From Mytilus californianus (Eukaryota): a DNA stretch of 64,000 bases. This document shows, piece by piece, positions 33,031 to 47,049 of this stretch (its first letter is position 1; every line of letters starts with the position of its first letter). A program made the translations under genes and the position numbers. Under the pieces are notes generated by a model. It did no database searches. It saw only the letters and a program-made list of their open reading frames with translations, and was not told where the DNA came from. Location: NCBI RefSeq assembly GCF_021869535.1, contig NW_026262734.1, forward strand, positions 104,284,001-104,348,000, in the 5' to 3' direction.

Positions 33031-36000
33031 AATGGAACAGATTGCCCAGCTATAAAAATACAGTCTCTGAAATTATTTTCAAAGTACAATTTAAGAACAA
33101 AGGGCCAGTGCGAGCTTTTCCTATCAATTGGCGTCAATCGTCCGTTGTGGTCGTCTGTTAAATTTTACAAAATCTTCTCCTCTGAAATTATTGGGCTAAA
33201 TTTAATCAGATTTGGCCACAATCAACATTGGAGTATAGAGTTTTAGAAATTTTAAAAACCACCAACTTTTTTCCAACCAACATGTCCGACAAGGCTAAAA
33301 ATAGAACTTAGGGGGTAAAATGCAAGTTTTGTCTATTATCTTGAAAACTGCTATAGACAGAGAAAATCTGACAGGGGCAGGAATTTTCAAAATGTTGAGA
33401 TTTCCCTACCATCTATTTACGTCAAAACTGTCAGACGAGCTTGTGTTGGAGTTTTTGCCCTTAAATAAGATAATGTTGCCTATTATTTTAAACTCTGCAA
33501 TAGATAGATACTTTACAATACAAAATTCCTAAGGGGTTCCTCGGATTCTTGTGTCTCGCCCTTGATTGCTGCTGTCAGTGTTAAAGTATAATGTTGATCT
33601 AAAAAGTGAGTCCATTTATCAGTAAATACTAAATTGAAAAAAAATCATTTTTTTTAGATGCTATTTCTTGATCTTGAAGATTAGCGTCTGTCCAAGTTTC
33701 ATAGCAATCCATGAAGGTTTACAAATTTATCATGTCAAATAAATTCAATCCCAGATTGTCTGTAAATGTTAACTGTAAAAAACTATGTCCATCTCTCAGA
33801 AAAATACTGAAATGAAAAAAAAATATATTTTCAAAAGTTTGCTTCAGACATTATCTCTTAATCATAAAAAAGCTTCTGCCAAAGTTTTATAAAATTGTAT
33901 GAAGGTTTGCCAAAGTAATTGACGTGTAACAAATTTTAATCCCAGACTATAACTACTTGTTAACTGTAAAAAGAACTATGTCCATTTATCAGTAAAATAC
34001 GTAAAATGAAAATAAATATTTAATTAATGAAGATTTTTTACAATTTTTTGCACTTTTGTTTAGAAACTTGAAAACTACAATCTATAGATAGAAACTTTAA
34101 AAAGCAAGAAAAAATAGATTTACAATTATTTCGTAGATAGAAACAATTGAATACATGAGATGAGTTTAATTTTGACTCTAGTAAAAATATGACAGCACAA
34201 ATTATTTTAGAAGTCTGTTTTTATAATTAGATTTCTTTGTATTATCCCCTTGGTTATATCAAAAATCAATGCTATGGTGACTGTAATTTGTTAGATATTT
34301 ACACCTTGTTCGATTATTGCTCTTTTTTAAAAAAAAAACACTTTAAAACAGCATGGATATATAAATTGATATTTTAAATTTTTCAGAAATTGCAAATTTT
34401 TACATTTTTCAACAGAATCATAGAAAAAAATCACAATCAGTTTTTTGGTCTAAACATTCTCTTATTACACCTTGGTATACTTTGTTTTATATTTTACTTT
34501 ATGAAAAGAAATGTTAAATGTTATAGTGCTTTTGAAAAAGAAACACTTACATTTCCAAAATTATCTACAGAATACCTTTCTTAAACTCATTGATTTATTG
34601 CGAGAAAATGTAAATTTAGGCATTTTTAGAGTAGAATTCTAGAATGTACTACAATGAGACCCCAGCAAGTTTACTAGCTAAAATGTATAATTAAGTATTT
34701 AAATTAATTTAAACATAGGAAGTTATCTTTATATTTTTAATGGACCAAAGGCTAGATAATTTTAAAAATATGTACCTCTTATGATTTTCTGAAAATACAT
34801 TTTTTACTGGATTATCTCCCTTGGAATAATCCACAAACTGTTTTATTTTTTAAATTCAAGTAATGATGAGTTACTAAAGCTTCAACACTTGATTGTTCAA
34901 TAACTCATCGTTCTTTATCGCGTTGTTTTCTGCATTCATAAATTTCAGGGTGTTGAAATTGGTCATTTTCATAGAAAAATATCGCCTTCAACATGGGGAA
35001 ACTGGTTCCCGGTACACTACAGCATCTCCTAACTGAAAAGCATAGGAACCACCTGAAATATTTGTTTTGATGGACTTCTTTCATAATGTTGTTTAGGAAT
35101 ACAAAGTTTCAATTAAATCTGATGACCCCCCTTGTGGACTGTTTTGCATGGTTTTATGGTAGACTGGGTGTTAAGTATAACATTACCAGTTCAGTTACTT
35201 CAACTTACCATTTGCTATTAATATTAGCTTAAATGATATATATTTGATATCCTTTAGCAAGTCTGGTTGTTGACCAACGTTCGGTCATACATTGCAAGCA
35301 CTGTTACTACAAGTACTATCTTTAAAAAAGATATCTGACGCATTCAGATGTGAGCATCAAGTTTAAAACAAACCATGTATCTTTATCAGGTAAAAAATTA
35401 CACGACTAAAGCCTGACGATTCTGAGAGTTATGCATATGCGATTTTCACTAAAGAATGAAAATATATACTGCTATCTAACTAAATATATATACAGATACG
35501 TTTTTCAGATATAACAAAGTATATAGCTGTGAAAAAAACATAAACATAAGACATTATTACGTTTCAATCTGTAATGCATAACAAACTTAAATAGTTTAGA
35601 ACCATGAAGAAATGTCAATTATAACTATATGTCAAAAACAACTTTAACAATTAGAGATACAACCTATTTTTCCTGATTGCACCTTGCATGATGTAAACCC
35701 CATACACCGCTGTCGATACTATATTACCAACATGCATCTAACATCATTACACCAATAACACTATATACTAGTAGTACATTTGTTGGTAGCTTACATGATT
35801 CATGGGTTGTAATTTATCACATAACTTTAATAGCAATGCTGAATGTTATACAGGGGCTTTGTTTTCGAAAGTATCTTATGACTAAGTCACGTCGTGCGAA
35901 GGTCTTAGGACAGGTCATAGTCGTAAGATATGTTTCTGAAAGGTCACAAGTTACGATGTGTCGTAAATGTATTCGTAAACTCAAGACACCTCGCGACATG

Positions 36001-36594
36001 ACTTATGATGGTCTTATTATTATCAAAACGTTATATCTCTTCTACTGTTCTGATGTGATCAGTGTCATTAATGCATTTTTTTTGCACTTGTAGCCTCCAA
36101 TTTAAAAATAAGGAGATGTGGTATGCTTACAAATGAGACAACTATCCACCAAAGTTCAACTTAATTGGCTCATATCAATTATGAGTAGCCGTAAGGCTTT
36201 CAATATTGAGAAAAACCCATACCGTATATTCGGCTGTAAAAGGTCCCGACATAAAAAATATGACACAATTCAAATAAGAAAATTGGTATCTTTTTGGTAC
36301 TGGTTGTTCATGTGTTGCCCAGTCTGCTTAATAGACATAAATTTTGTACTCCTTTTCTTACTCATTTCTATGTATGATAAATATATATGTTATGACAGTC
36401 CTTATGTAGTATTTTATTATCGTTCTTGCACGGGCATTTCGTCAAGCGGGTACTCGATGTACCAATATTTTAAAAAGTTTTCACAATCAACATGATCAAA
36501 TAACACTGCACGAATAAAAATATATGAACGCGAAGTTCTCGAATTTTATTATGTATATACAAACTCAACTCAATTTAAACAAATTATGAACTCA

Positions 36595-36679
36595 GTTTGC
36601 GTAAAAGGTCACCAGTGCTCATCCAGTGCCCCGGGCCACTGGAACATGACGATTTTCTATAGGCGTCAAGCCAATAACG
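36595..36679 (-). pseudogene. 5' half of a CTL terminal exon (RYWLDAYRKSSCSSGPGHWMSTGDLLRK)
   Basis: Hand translation; no acceptor; truncated after LLRK. Confidence 0.88.
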
Positions 36680-37974
36680 GTATGAAGATATGAGTGTCAA
36701 GCAGTCATTGAGCTTTCTATTCTTACTGTGACGTATTAATATAAGCATTGCAACATAGTAATGGAAAAGAAAGTGGACGCATACGCAAGTCGTCTATTGA
36801 GCGTCCATTATAAAATAATATATGCAACTTTACTGTTGTACAAAAACCCTCGAACATTTAGAAATCGTTTCAGTTGTTCATGATATTTACCAATTTGTAA
36901 ACCCAATATAACCCCACTGCAACCTTATTAACAAGAACGTAGGTGATTTTAATTTTCCAGATAATAGGTATTTACAATAGGTTATTATTTTCCTTATCTA
37001 GGGCCATCTCGAAAGTTTACGGCGCCTTCATACTGAATCTGTTGGACATGTACTGATTGCTACTTAAGTCTGAGAGAACATGACTTATTTGTTTGTTGTT
37101 ATTCAATTTGAAGTAGTTTTCAGTAACTGTGAGTACTCTTACATGTACATCGGTACTTTGTGTATTTTGTTTTTATGTTAGTTGTCCATGTTGTTATGTT
37201 TGTGCTAAACTTATAAGTTAAGCAATTTCTAACTACAATGTTTACAGTTTGTTCTTATATGGTGCTGGTATAACACTGTCGAACGTTAAGGGGTGGTTGA
37301 GCTTACAAACATGGTTGACCACGCCACATTCTATATGTGCCTGTCCCAAGTAAGGAGCTTGTTATTCAGTGGTTGACGTTGGTTGCTGTCTGTGTTCACT
37401 TTTTTCATTAATTGGTTTGTCAACAACAAGGTCGTCGGTTTTTCTTTTGAATTGTTTCATATTTTGTCATTAGGTGACATATCTATCTATTGTCTCCCAA
37501 AGCGTTGTGATCTGTTGACGATCATGTCAGTTTTAACAAATTCATGATGTCATTGTGAAATCGCAGGTGACTTTTCTTCACAAAAGTTTTACTTTTTTTG
37601 TAATTTCATTGGTAAAATAACTTAAAAAACATGAAAAATATATAAAACTAAAAGGTTAAAAAATTATCACGAATCTTAAATTTACGTCAAATAATTGCTA
37701 CAACGAGTTATCTATATCAGTTTTGCTTAAACTAAGGTAAGGCTGAACATTCAAAATACTCAATCTACTTACTTTCGTTTATTGAATATTTTTACCTACT
37801 ACTACATTTGCTCATAAGGTTTATCTGCAAACATTATACAATCACTTTATTTTACACGGACGCTATTTAAATGAATTATTCTTTATTTCACTGAAATTGT
37901 AAATTTAAGAGTAGCAATTATAGTGTTATTTTAAATTCTAAACGGTATTCGAATCAAGTTTTGCAAAACGTTAG

Positions 37975-39608
37975 CTATTTGCAATTGTATATTTGCACCA
38001 AGCCAGTGATATTTGTTACAGCAAATTTGGTGAAGCTCTCATTAAACGCAACAGCGAATGGAGTTTTAATCCTCATCACTACATCATGCTCTCGCCCATC
38101 TGGTAATACACGTTGTATCTCGCTTTTATAGCATTCACTCACGTACACATTTCCTTGTGTGTCAACAGCTATACCTGCTTCTCCTGCCACTGCATGACTA
38201 TATACAAGAGTTCCGTCTAAATGAATACGATTAATCAGTCCCATTGTTCTATTAATTATGCTGCCATCATTAAGAATGTAGTGTAGGAAACTAATATACT
38301 TAGACAAATCGCCTATCACAATGATCCTGATGCATTCTCCGTTGGATTTCAATATGTTGATTTCTGTCTTTTTACCGACTGCAATATAATCCCCAGCGGT
38401 AGTAATACCATAGCAACTTTAACCTACTCTGATGGTTTTATCCCGTTTCAAAGTTGTTGTATTGATAAATTGAACAAACTTCTTTTTTGGTAATGTAACA
38501 ATTGCTTTGTCGGTTCCAGTTAATACAGAAATGCCATATGGAGCACCGGGAAGACTTAACGTAGTTTTATATGTAAGGTTTGGTGGATTGATTTTGAAGA
38601 CATATAAGTTATCCCGTGTTTGCTGGAAGTCACATAAGAATAATGAATTGTCTTCAGTAATAGCTACATCTGTGATAAGCTTTCCATATTGGAACTTTTC
38701 TAATATTTCCAACTTGAAAGCGAACATGGATTCAACTCTTGCAGGCGGAACCTCAGTTGGCTTGGGTCTTACTAGACTGTTTTGAATACCACATGCTTTA
38801 CTGACCTCTTCTATTGATCCAATACATTTTATATTGCCTTTGTTCTTAAATTTCAAATCAGCCTTTTTGTATGACAGTGTCATATCCTGCGCCCGTTTAA
38901 AAATATCCTGCACTCCTTTTCCTTGTTCCCGAAGAGTAAGGTACAACTGATTATTTGATCCATGTTCCTTGAGAAATTCTAGTACCTGCGTTCTCTCCTA
39001 CACAAAATCACACAATTCCGATATTTCCGAATTTTCTTTTCTTAATAGATCTACGGTTTTCTCCTTGATATTTGAGAGGTCTGTCTTCATTTTTTTTTCT
39101 GAAGTTCTGATTTTTGAAATTAATTGATTTTTCCATTTGCTGATATCTTCTAAAATGGCGGTTTCTACCGAGTCTAATTCATTTATATTTTCATTTCGAG
39201 CCGTTCTTAAATGATCCAAAGTTGTACCAATATTTTGCCATTCACGTAATGTATCTCCAAATAGAGAAGATTTGTTTATGTTTTTTGAAGCGACCTCTAA
39301 CGGAAGGACGTCTTTGCAAGACTGATGATAACTAGATATGCATATTTTACAACATACTGTGCCGTGATGCGTACAGTACAAATCTAGCGGTACATCTTGA
39401 TGAACCTTGCAAAGACGTCTTCTATTGGTATTTTCGATCTCGAAATTGACGTCAAGCTCATCAAACAGTGTCTCCTGGTGGCTCTAAATACCTTATGGTG
39501 ATCTACACAATCTTCACAAAGACACTCTTTGCAATCTAAACAAAACTTTATTGCCTCTATCGATTTTCCATCTTCGGAACAAGGGCCACAATACCAATTG
39601 GAAGACAT
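37975..39608 (-). pseudogene. Second RING-less TRIM-like B-box/beta-propeller copy, pseudogene
   Basis: Four ORF pieces collinear with 45398-47049: a 1-bp frameshift near 39415, an in-frame TAG at 38998 and an in-frame TAA at 38419. Confidence 0.9.
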
Positions 39609-39821
39609 CGTATAACTAGAAGATAAAAATTCCTTTTAGTGATCGATTGTATCGGGTATGATCATTTTTGTAATCAGCACAAGATCCCATAATTATGTAA
39701 ATAGACATCGATGTAATAAATTGACGAAAACTTTCTCATTATTCCCCAAGTTTTCCTGGCTTCAAAAACTTATTGCCTAGGGACGTAAATTGTCTGTTAC
39801 ATTTAGCATACATTTCATGTT

Positions 39822-39913
39822 ATTCAGGTCTCAGACATGATATATAATGTTACATTCGGATATAAACCCTAAGCCGGGAATGTCACATTATATACCCTGT
39901 CTGAAACCTGAAT
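39822..39913. repeat. Fold-back inverted repeat with ~36-bp arms
   Basis: attcaggtctcagacatgatatataatgttacattc vs the reverse complement of gaatgtcacattatataccctgtctgaaacctgaat. Confidence 0.85.
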
Positions 39914-41803
39914 TACACATATATTACGGATTACCCCTGCCTTAATGTTTTTTCACGTACCAGATATTTGTTTAACATTCACAATGCAGTATATATATTT
40001 TCCGTATACCGTGAGGGATTTTGTAATTTTGGCTGTGAAAACAATACTATCGTGTATGCATTAATTTGTAATAAAAGAGGGACGAAAGATACCAGAGGGA
40101 CAGTCAAACTCATAATAACACTCTAAGACAAGACATTTATTAAGTATTTGATGTGTAAATTACGTGATTTTAAATCAAAAACGTATTATTGACAGATACA
40201 CGTCATTTTATTCCCTCTGTGAGCCTCTGACGTTCTTTAAGTGTTCTTTATAGCCTAAGACTACGTCACATAGTAATGTTCGTTATGATGACGTTGTTGA
40301 GGTTCCAATTGGGATAAAAAAAGTGGTATAAACCCCCGGCTGTTTCCTAAATATATACCGACATCTCTTTGTTGTTATCCAAACACAAGACTTGACACAT
40401 TTATAATCCGTAATATATTTCAAAATCTATAGGCAAAATAAACTGCTCAGGATTTGAATCTCCCTTTGACCGAATAAAAAGCTTCATATCTTTTACTGTA
40501 ATGTTGTAACATTCTAACGTAGTATTTTTACTTAAACGAAATTGTACTTTTGCATTTGCTTGTTTGTCCTTGGTCCTTTCAAAATGTATCATAGATATTT
40601 TTAACCAAGATATACCACAGACTATACATTAATGATAATCATAGCAATACTAGATCTTACCGAATAAATATTATCGTACCTGTCCACAGTGTACCTGTTT
40701 AAGTTTTAGTCACATGGTGATTTGATGAGATAATTTGCATAGTAGCTTAACAAGGACATTTGATTGATTTACCTGTTGAAAATTGATACAATAAAAATTT
40801 AATACCTCGTGTTTTTATTTCATTTGCTATTACCACAGTTTGTACTGTATAGTAATGATAATCATAGCAATACTAGATCTTACCCAAAAATAGTGTTGTA
40901 CCTGTCCACAGTGTAACTGTTGAACGTTTTAATAGTCGCATGCTGATTTGATAAAGATATTTTGTATGGTAGCCTAACAAGAACATATGATCGCTTTACC
41001 TATTAAGAATTCATACCATAAGAACTATTACATTATGTGATTTTTTCATTTGCTATTACCAGTTATTTTTCCTCTTCGTCTCGTATAGAATATGAGTAGA
41101 CATATAACCCAATACGGCTACTTTGTGTGAGCTCGTATTGGCCATTGTTATGTAATCTTGTGTCAATCTTGTTTGTATATTCTTAGTCAGCCTCTATTCA
41201 TTAATCAAAGTTCTTTTTATTACAACCAGGTGTGAATGAGTCGAACTTCTTTAGAAAGTATATTCAGTTCTGATGACTTTTCGAAATAGCCGAGATTTAT
41301 ATTTAAGGTAAGCAACATTTAATAGAAAAGAGTTGTTGTATAATAATGACCACATCAACCTCAATTTATTATAGTTATACGCTTAAAACGTATCCTGCAA
41401 AACCTTTCCAATGTAAAATTGTATAATAATAATTATGTCATAGGTTTTATTGAAAATTTACACTATTCAAGGACTATCATTTCTCACAGAACTTAAATTT
41501 CAATGTTGGATGTTCTGCAGATTCACTTTAGAGATCACACATATGTGGATTTTTTGTTCCTTTAAAAATGAAATGATTTTCTGAATAAAAGTAATCATAT
41601 TTTTGATATGCTTTGAATACATTTGTACATCAATATACAAAAAAAAACAACAGTTGTTTCTATTTCCTAGACAAAATGTAATTACAAAATTACTAAACTC
41701 CAAGGTTAATTTAATAAGGTGACACCAAACGCTTGACTATATCAACCAACAAAAAACCCATCAAGTTCAACAGAAATCAAATTTATCAAATTATTTTATC
41801 ATT

Positions 41804-41999
41804 TCAGGGTGCATGTTGTAAGGGATTCTCACAAAGCGCAGGCGCATGATATTTTCAGCTTCTATGGTCCCAAAATTATCCATTTCCTGGATCGTTTGAA
41901 TCGACCTTTCCTATGCAAGTACAGTGTTTGCCATCAGGTTTTATATGTTTTTGTGATTTATTCCTCCAATGTGAGTACATATGTTTGCGTAAAAGATCA
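41804..41999 (-). pseudogene. 3' half of a CTL terminal exon (DLLRKHMYSHWRNKSQKHIKPDGKHCTCIGKVDSNDPGNG*FWDHRS*KYHAPALCENPLQHAP*)
   Basis: Hand translation homologous to the A/B terminal exons; two premature stops; 5' part missing. Confidence 0.9.
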
Positions 42000-43139
42000 A
42001 ATAAAGTATATAAGTACATATGCGACATCAGTTAGACAATTAAACGAAAGCATTCCGAGAATAGATGGTATGTAATAAAAACACCCAATAGATATCAATA
42101 TTATAAGAGGTGCTGGATACTTCTTTTTGAATCATTATAGAATTCAATGTACATGTATAACTAATTATGGCGAAAAAACAAGTATTCATATCATTGTCCA
42201 AATTAAGTAATACAATTGGGACTGTAAAGATATTTGAATTACTAGTATTTAAAAACGGTTTTCGCTACTTTGATTTGTATTTCTTGTTTCTTGTAAAACT
42301 CACTCATAGGCATCTAATAAAGAGAGACGGAAGACACCAAACAGTTATTCAAACTCATAAGTCGAAGACAATCCGAAACTGCTATGGCAACAAAACCCGA
42401 TTAACGGCAAGTTTATGACGTCATGTTGACTTCACAAGTCACCTTTATGCACGAAAATTTTACTATTTTTGAAATGTGATGGGTAAAATAATGGCTCTAT
42501 TTATACATCCTCCTTTCACGTAAATGGCCATCTGTATTTTCTATATATGCATCAAGACAGATATTAAATGCCAATTCATTACTGGAAGATGAATAGAAAT
42601 AAAAAGGTATAACATTATCATGAATCTTTACGTTAAATAATCGTTGCAACATAAGCTAATGTAATGCAAATTGTTAATCCTTGCTGGACATGTCAAAATA
42701 TCAGTTTACTGCATTTAAACTGTAGTTTGACCGATCGCGAGTTAACTCGTTCTGGTTGGTTTTTGCAGGCAGGCTGGATCGTTAATGACAGAGCAACATA
42801 TTTCCTGAACACAAATAATCATCATATTATACTTCATTTTCTATGTACATAGATCATATTTTGTATTGTTAATTACCAATACTGTGTGGTTTACAGTCGT
42901 TCACTTTATGTTGGGCCTACTGAGTCGTTAAATGTAGTTTGTCCAATGCGAAGCATAGTTATTGGGTATTATCAAAAATTCATTACAAACCCGTTTTCAA
43001 TTTAAACACCGCAGTTTGCCGATCAAGTACGAATTTTGCACACAACGCAGTTCTTTATTTATCAATTTTATTGGGAACGACTTTGTTATGGGGGATGAGG
43101 AATATTTGACATCATTTTAAAGAAAATAAATATTTTGTT

Positions 43140-44900
43140 CTATCTATGATATATAAAAAGTATCAACATGTGGTTATCTAAACTTTTATCGTACGTCAAG
43201 CAAAACGACATGTATTGAGGGGGCGTCCGTAAAGATGTGTTCCGTGTATTTAAACGCATCCATGCCGTCCGATCGAATTGAGGACCGTGAGAAAATAGAA
43301 CCAGTTGATAGACTGGTGTTTGCAGAACGTCCAAAGACAAATAGATCACACATATCTTCTGTTAGATCTAGTTTCTTCTTTGGAAACTGTCAGCCTCCCT
43401 GTACTCAACAAAAGCTTGAAGGTGAGTACATTACCTATTGCAAGTCTAAAGTCAAACCTTTATCAAACTGTCCTTTTAAACTGTAGTCTAAATTTTCTTC
43501 TTTTTTTTTGCATTCGGTCGACCGACTTTGCAGAACGTTTCTGTTTGATATAATGTTTAACTTGTTCTCTTCACAATAGTGTATGTAATATTTATCAAGG
43601 AACTGTCGTTATGCAAACACCAGTCATGTAACCCTCTTTAAATAAAGAAGTATTATTATTATTTTTTATTTAGTCAATTGGTATACTATTCTAGATATGG
43701 TAAACAACATACCATTGGTTAATTAAATGTGGAAAGTTACATTACCAATGCAAATGTCTTCAATCTATGAAAGATAATACTGTAAATGAAAGCCAAACCG
43801 AAAAAAATCTTATCAAACAAAAGTTTTTCTATTTAATTGAATGGTCGTTTGATAATTCTGATTGCAAATTTATTTTCTGCAATTCATATAAAGCATTATT
43901 CTCTAATGAGAAAGGTAAATATGCTAGATATACTTGTTGGAAGTGTGATAAGATGATTCATGCTGTAAATTTTCTCCTTAACAACATGTATGTACATTTT
44001 TGCAAAACCATTTTTCGACAGTTTGCAGATTTTCCGATGGGTACCAATTGTTCCCCTTTAATAGCAGACTTGTTTTTAGTTTAAACAATATTTTATTCAG
44101 ATAGTTCATCACAAAAAACGATATGATACAATTGAAATAAATATTAAGGATTCAGAAACAAGCAAATTTGCTTTTACAAATCTGTCTCCTAAATCGTGTT
44201 TTTGTACTGTAATGAATCACAGTTTAGGGCCAAACTCAGAAAAAAAAACCCGTCTAAATTGCATTTAATTGATAATTTCAACAACATTTACCGTGATCTT
44301 GATAACATTTTTCGTTAAATAATAAATAATATTCTAAATATACTGCCGAAATTTTCCAACATCAAATATGAACGTTAATAACTGTCCTTTACAAGATTTT
44401 TATATTCAGTTCTACACGGGAAGATCTATAAACAATTTTACCACAAAATAGACGATTTTTCAGTCCCTATTGTTAATGTTCCTTTTTTTGACGGCGATAT
44501 TCCTTTGGCACATCTTACGGTGTTTATATAAATAACAACTCGTTCGCCAAGTCCGTGTCAGTAGTGACGTTTTGGATTTCAATGAACGTAATCTATATAC
44601 TACTGGTACAAAATTGAGTCAAGGATTTCGTTGCTACAATTCACTTAAAATTTTACTAAATTCTTCCATAGATAGAAAGATTTGTTTTGGGAGTTTGGTT
44701 GTACCTGTAGAAAACTAATTAAAAACGGGTGTTGTTGTTTATCGAGCCCGTTGATTTAGAAAAGATCCGTTTATCTTTCCTTTAAATAAACTTATTCCAA
44801 ATGATTACAAATTCAACACTGAAATTAGATCTTTGAACATTGCTATTATAATTGTATAAATATTGATTTTGTTATCAGTCAATTAAAACAAATCTAAATA
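43140..44900 (+). mobile_element. Degenerate Penelope-like (Naiad-type) reverse-transcriptase element
   Basis: PMGTNCSPLIADLFL motif in ORF 43767-44084; downstream PIVNVPF.DGDIPL and thumb remnants; many frameshifts. Confidence 0.8.
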
Positions 44901-45397
44901 TTAGTGTTAAAATTAACGGTTCCACCTAAACAGAGCCAATAAAGTAGCAAATCATTCAAAATAAAAGTTTTATACAGTAATTAAAATGAAATAAATTTTT
45001 AAAAAATATTATAAATGCCTGTAGTAGTTGTAAACATTGAGAAGACCCCTTCTCAAAACGTTGACCTGTTGGCATTTGAAACCATTGTTTATCTATAAAT
45101 ATCATTCACATATGTATACGTATGTTTCACGCTATAAAATTCTTTACATGTTCCTGTTTCTTATTAAAGTTCTACTAATCAACAAAACCACACCCCCACG
45201 TTTTTTTTAGAAAGTGCAATATTAAGATCGGTCAATTCTCAACTACTAAGCAGAGCTATATGCAGTCACTTTTTTTAGAAGAACACTATTAAATTGAATT
45301 ATTGTTCATTTTACTGAAATGTTTAATGTAAGAGTAGCAATTATAATGCAATTCAAAATACTTAAGAGTATTCAAATCAAGTTTAACATAAAGCTAG

Positions 45398-47049
45398 CTA
45401 TTTGCAATTGTAGATCTGCACCAAGCCATTGATACTTGTAACAACAAATTTGGTAAATCTCTCATTAAACGCAATAGCGAATGGATCTTTAATTCCATCC
45501 TTATAAGTCATCACTACATCACGGACTCGTCCATCTGGTAATAAACGTTGAATCTCACTTCGATCAAATTCACACACGTACACCTGTCCTTGTGTATCAA
45601 CAGCTAAACCTGCTTCTCCTGACAACACATACCTATATGATATTGTTCCGTCAAACTGAATACGACTAATCAGTCCCATTTTTCTATAAATTATGCTGCC
45701 ATCATTATGATTGTAGTGCAGAGAACTAACATACTTAGAATCATCTAATAAATCGCTTAACACAATGTTCCTGATGTTTTCTCCTTTTGATTTGAATATT
45801 TTGATTTCTCTTATTTTACCGACTGCAATATAATCCCCAGTGGTCGTAATACCAAAGCAGTCTCGACCTACTTTGATGGTTTTATCCAGCGTCAAAGTGT
45901 TTGTATCGATAAATTGTACATAAGACTTGTATGGCAATGTAACAATTACTTTGTCGGTTCCAGTTAATTTAGAAATTCCATATGGACCACTGGGGACACT
46001 TAATGTTGTGTTGTATGCTAGGTTTTGTTGATTTATTTTGAAAACATATATGTTATATCGTTCTTTCTGAAAGTCACACAAGAGTAATTTATTGTCTTCA
46101 GTAACAACTACATCTGTGATGAGCTTCCCTAAATATAACTGTTCTGTTATTTCCTTTTTGAAGGTTAGCATTGATTCAACTTTTACTGGCTGAACCTGAG
46201 CTTGCTGTAGTTTTACTGGACTATACTGAATGACACGTGCCGTCCTAACTTCTTCTATCGATCCAATACATTTTATATCAGTATCACTGTTTTTCTTAAA
46301 TTTTAAATCTGTCTTTTTGTATGACAGTGTCATATCCTGCACCCGTTTAATAACTTCCTGAACTCCTTTTCCTTGTTCTCCAAGAGTAAGGTACAACTGA
46401 TTATTTGATCCATGTTCCTTGAGTTCTGTTTTCTCTCCTGCACAACATCATACAGTTCTGATATTTCAGAATCACCTTTTCCATATAAATCTAAGATTTT
46501 CTTCTTGGCATTTGAGAGGTCTGTCTTCAGTTTTTCTTCTAAAGTGTTGATTTGTTGAATTAAATATTTTTTCCATTTGTTGATCTCTACTAATATGGCT
46601 GTTTCTACTGTTTCTAATTCATCTGCATAACCATGTCGATCCTTTTTTAAATGATCCAAAGTTTTAACAATGTTTTGCCATTCACTTAATGTGTCTTCAT
46701 ATAACGAAGATTGTTTTATGTGTTTGGAAGCGATCTCTAGCGGAATGACATCCTTGCAGGATTGATGAGAAGATGGCATACATACTCTACAACATACTGT
46801 ATCGTGTTGTGTGCAGTAAAAATCTAGCGGTACATCTGGATGAACATTGCAAAAGCTCTTGGCAATCGGTATTTTCGATCTCAAAATTGATGTTAAGTCC
46901 ATCAAATGGTGGGACTTGGTGGCTTTAAATTTCTTATGGTATTCTACGCAATCTTTACAAAGACGCTCTTCGCAATCTGAACAAAACCTTATTGCCGCTA
47001 TTGATTTTCCTTCTTCTGAACAAGGGTCACAATACGAATTGGAAGCCAT
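45398..47049 (-). pseudogene. RING-less TRIM-like gene (B-box1, B-box2, coiled-coil, beta-propeller/NHL-like), single coding exon, frameshifted by a net 10-bp deletion near 46424-46430
   Basis: ORFs 46330-47049 (CDPC..C..C...LC..C...H; C..H....YC..H...CC..C...H) and 45398-46396 overlap out of frame. Alignment to the paralog shows 7 nt where the paralog has 17. Splice acceptor 7 nt before the ATG. Confidence 0.85.

Noticed and set aside
41268-41290. CTGATGA-cttttc-GAAA hammerhead-like string
   Set aside because: Helix II cannot pair (C/C) and the motif is not conserved in the paralogous segment near 48400.
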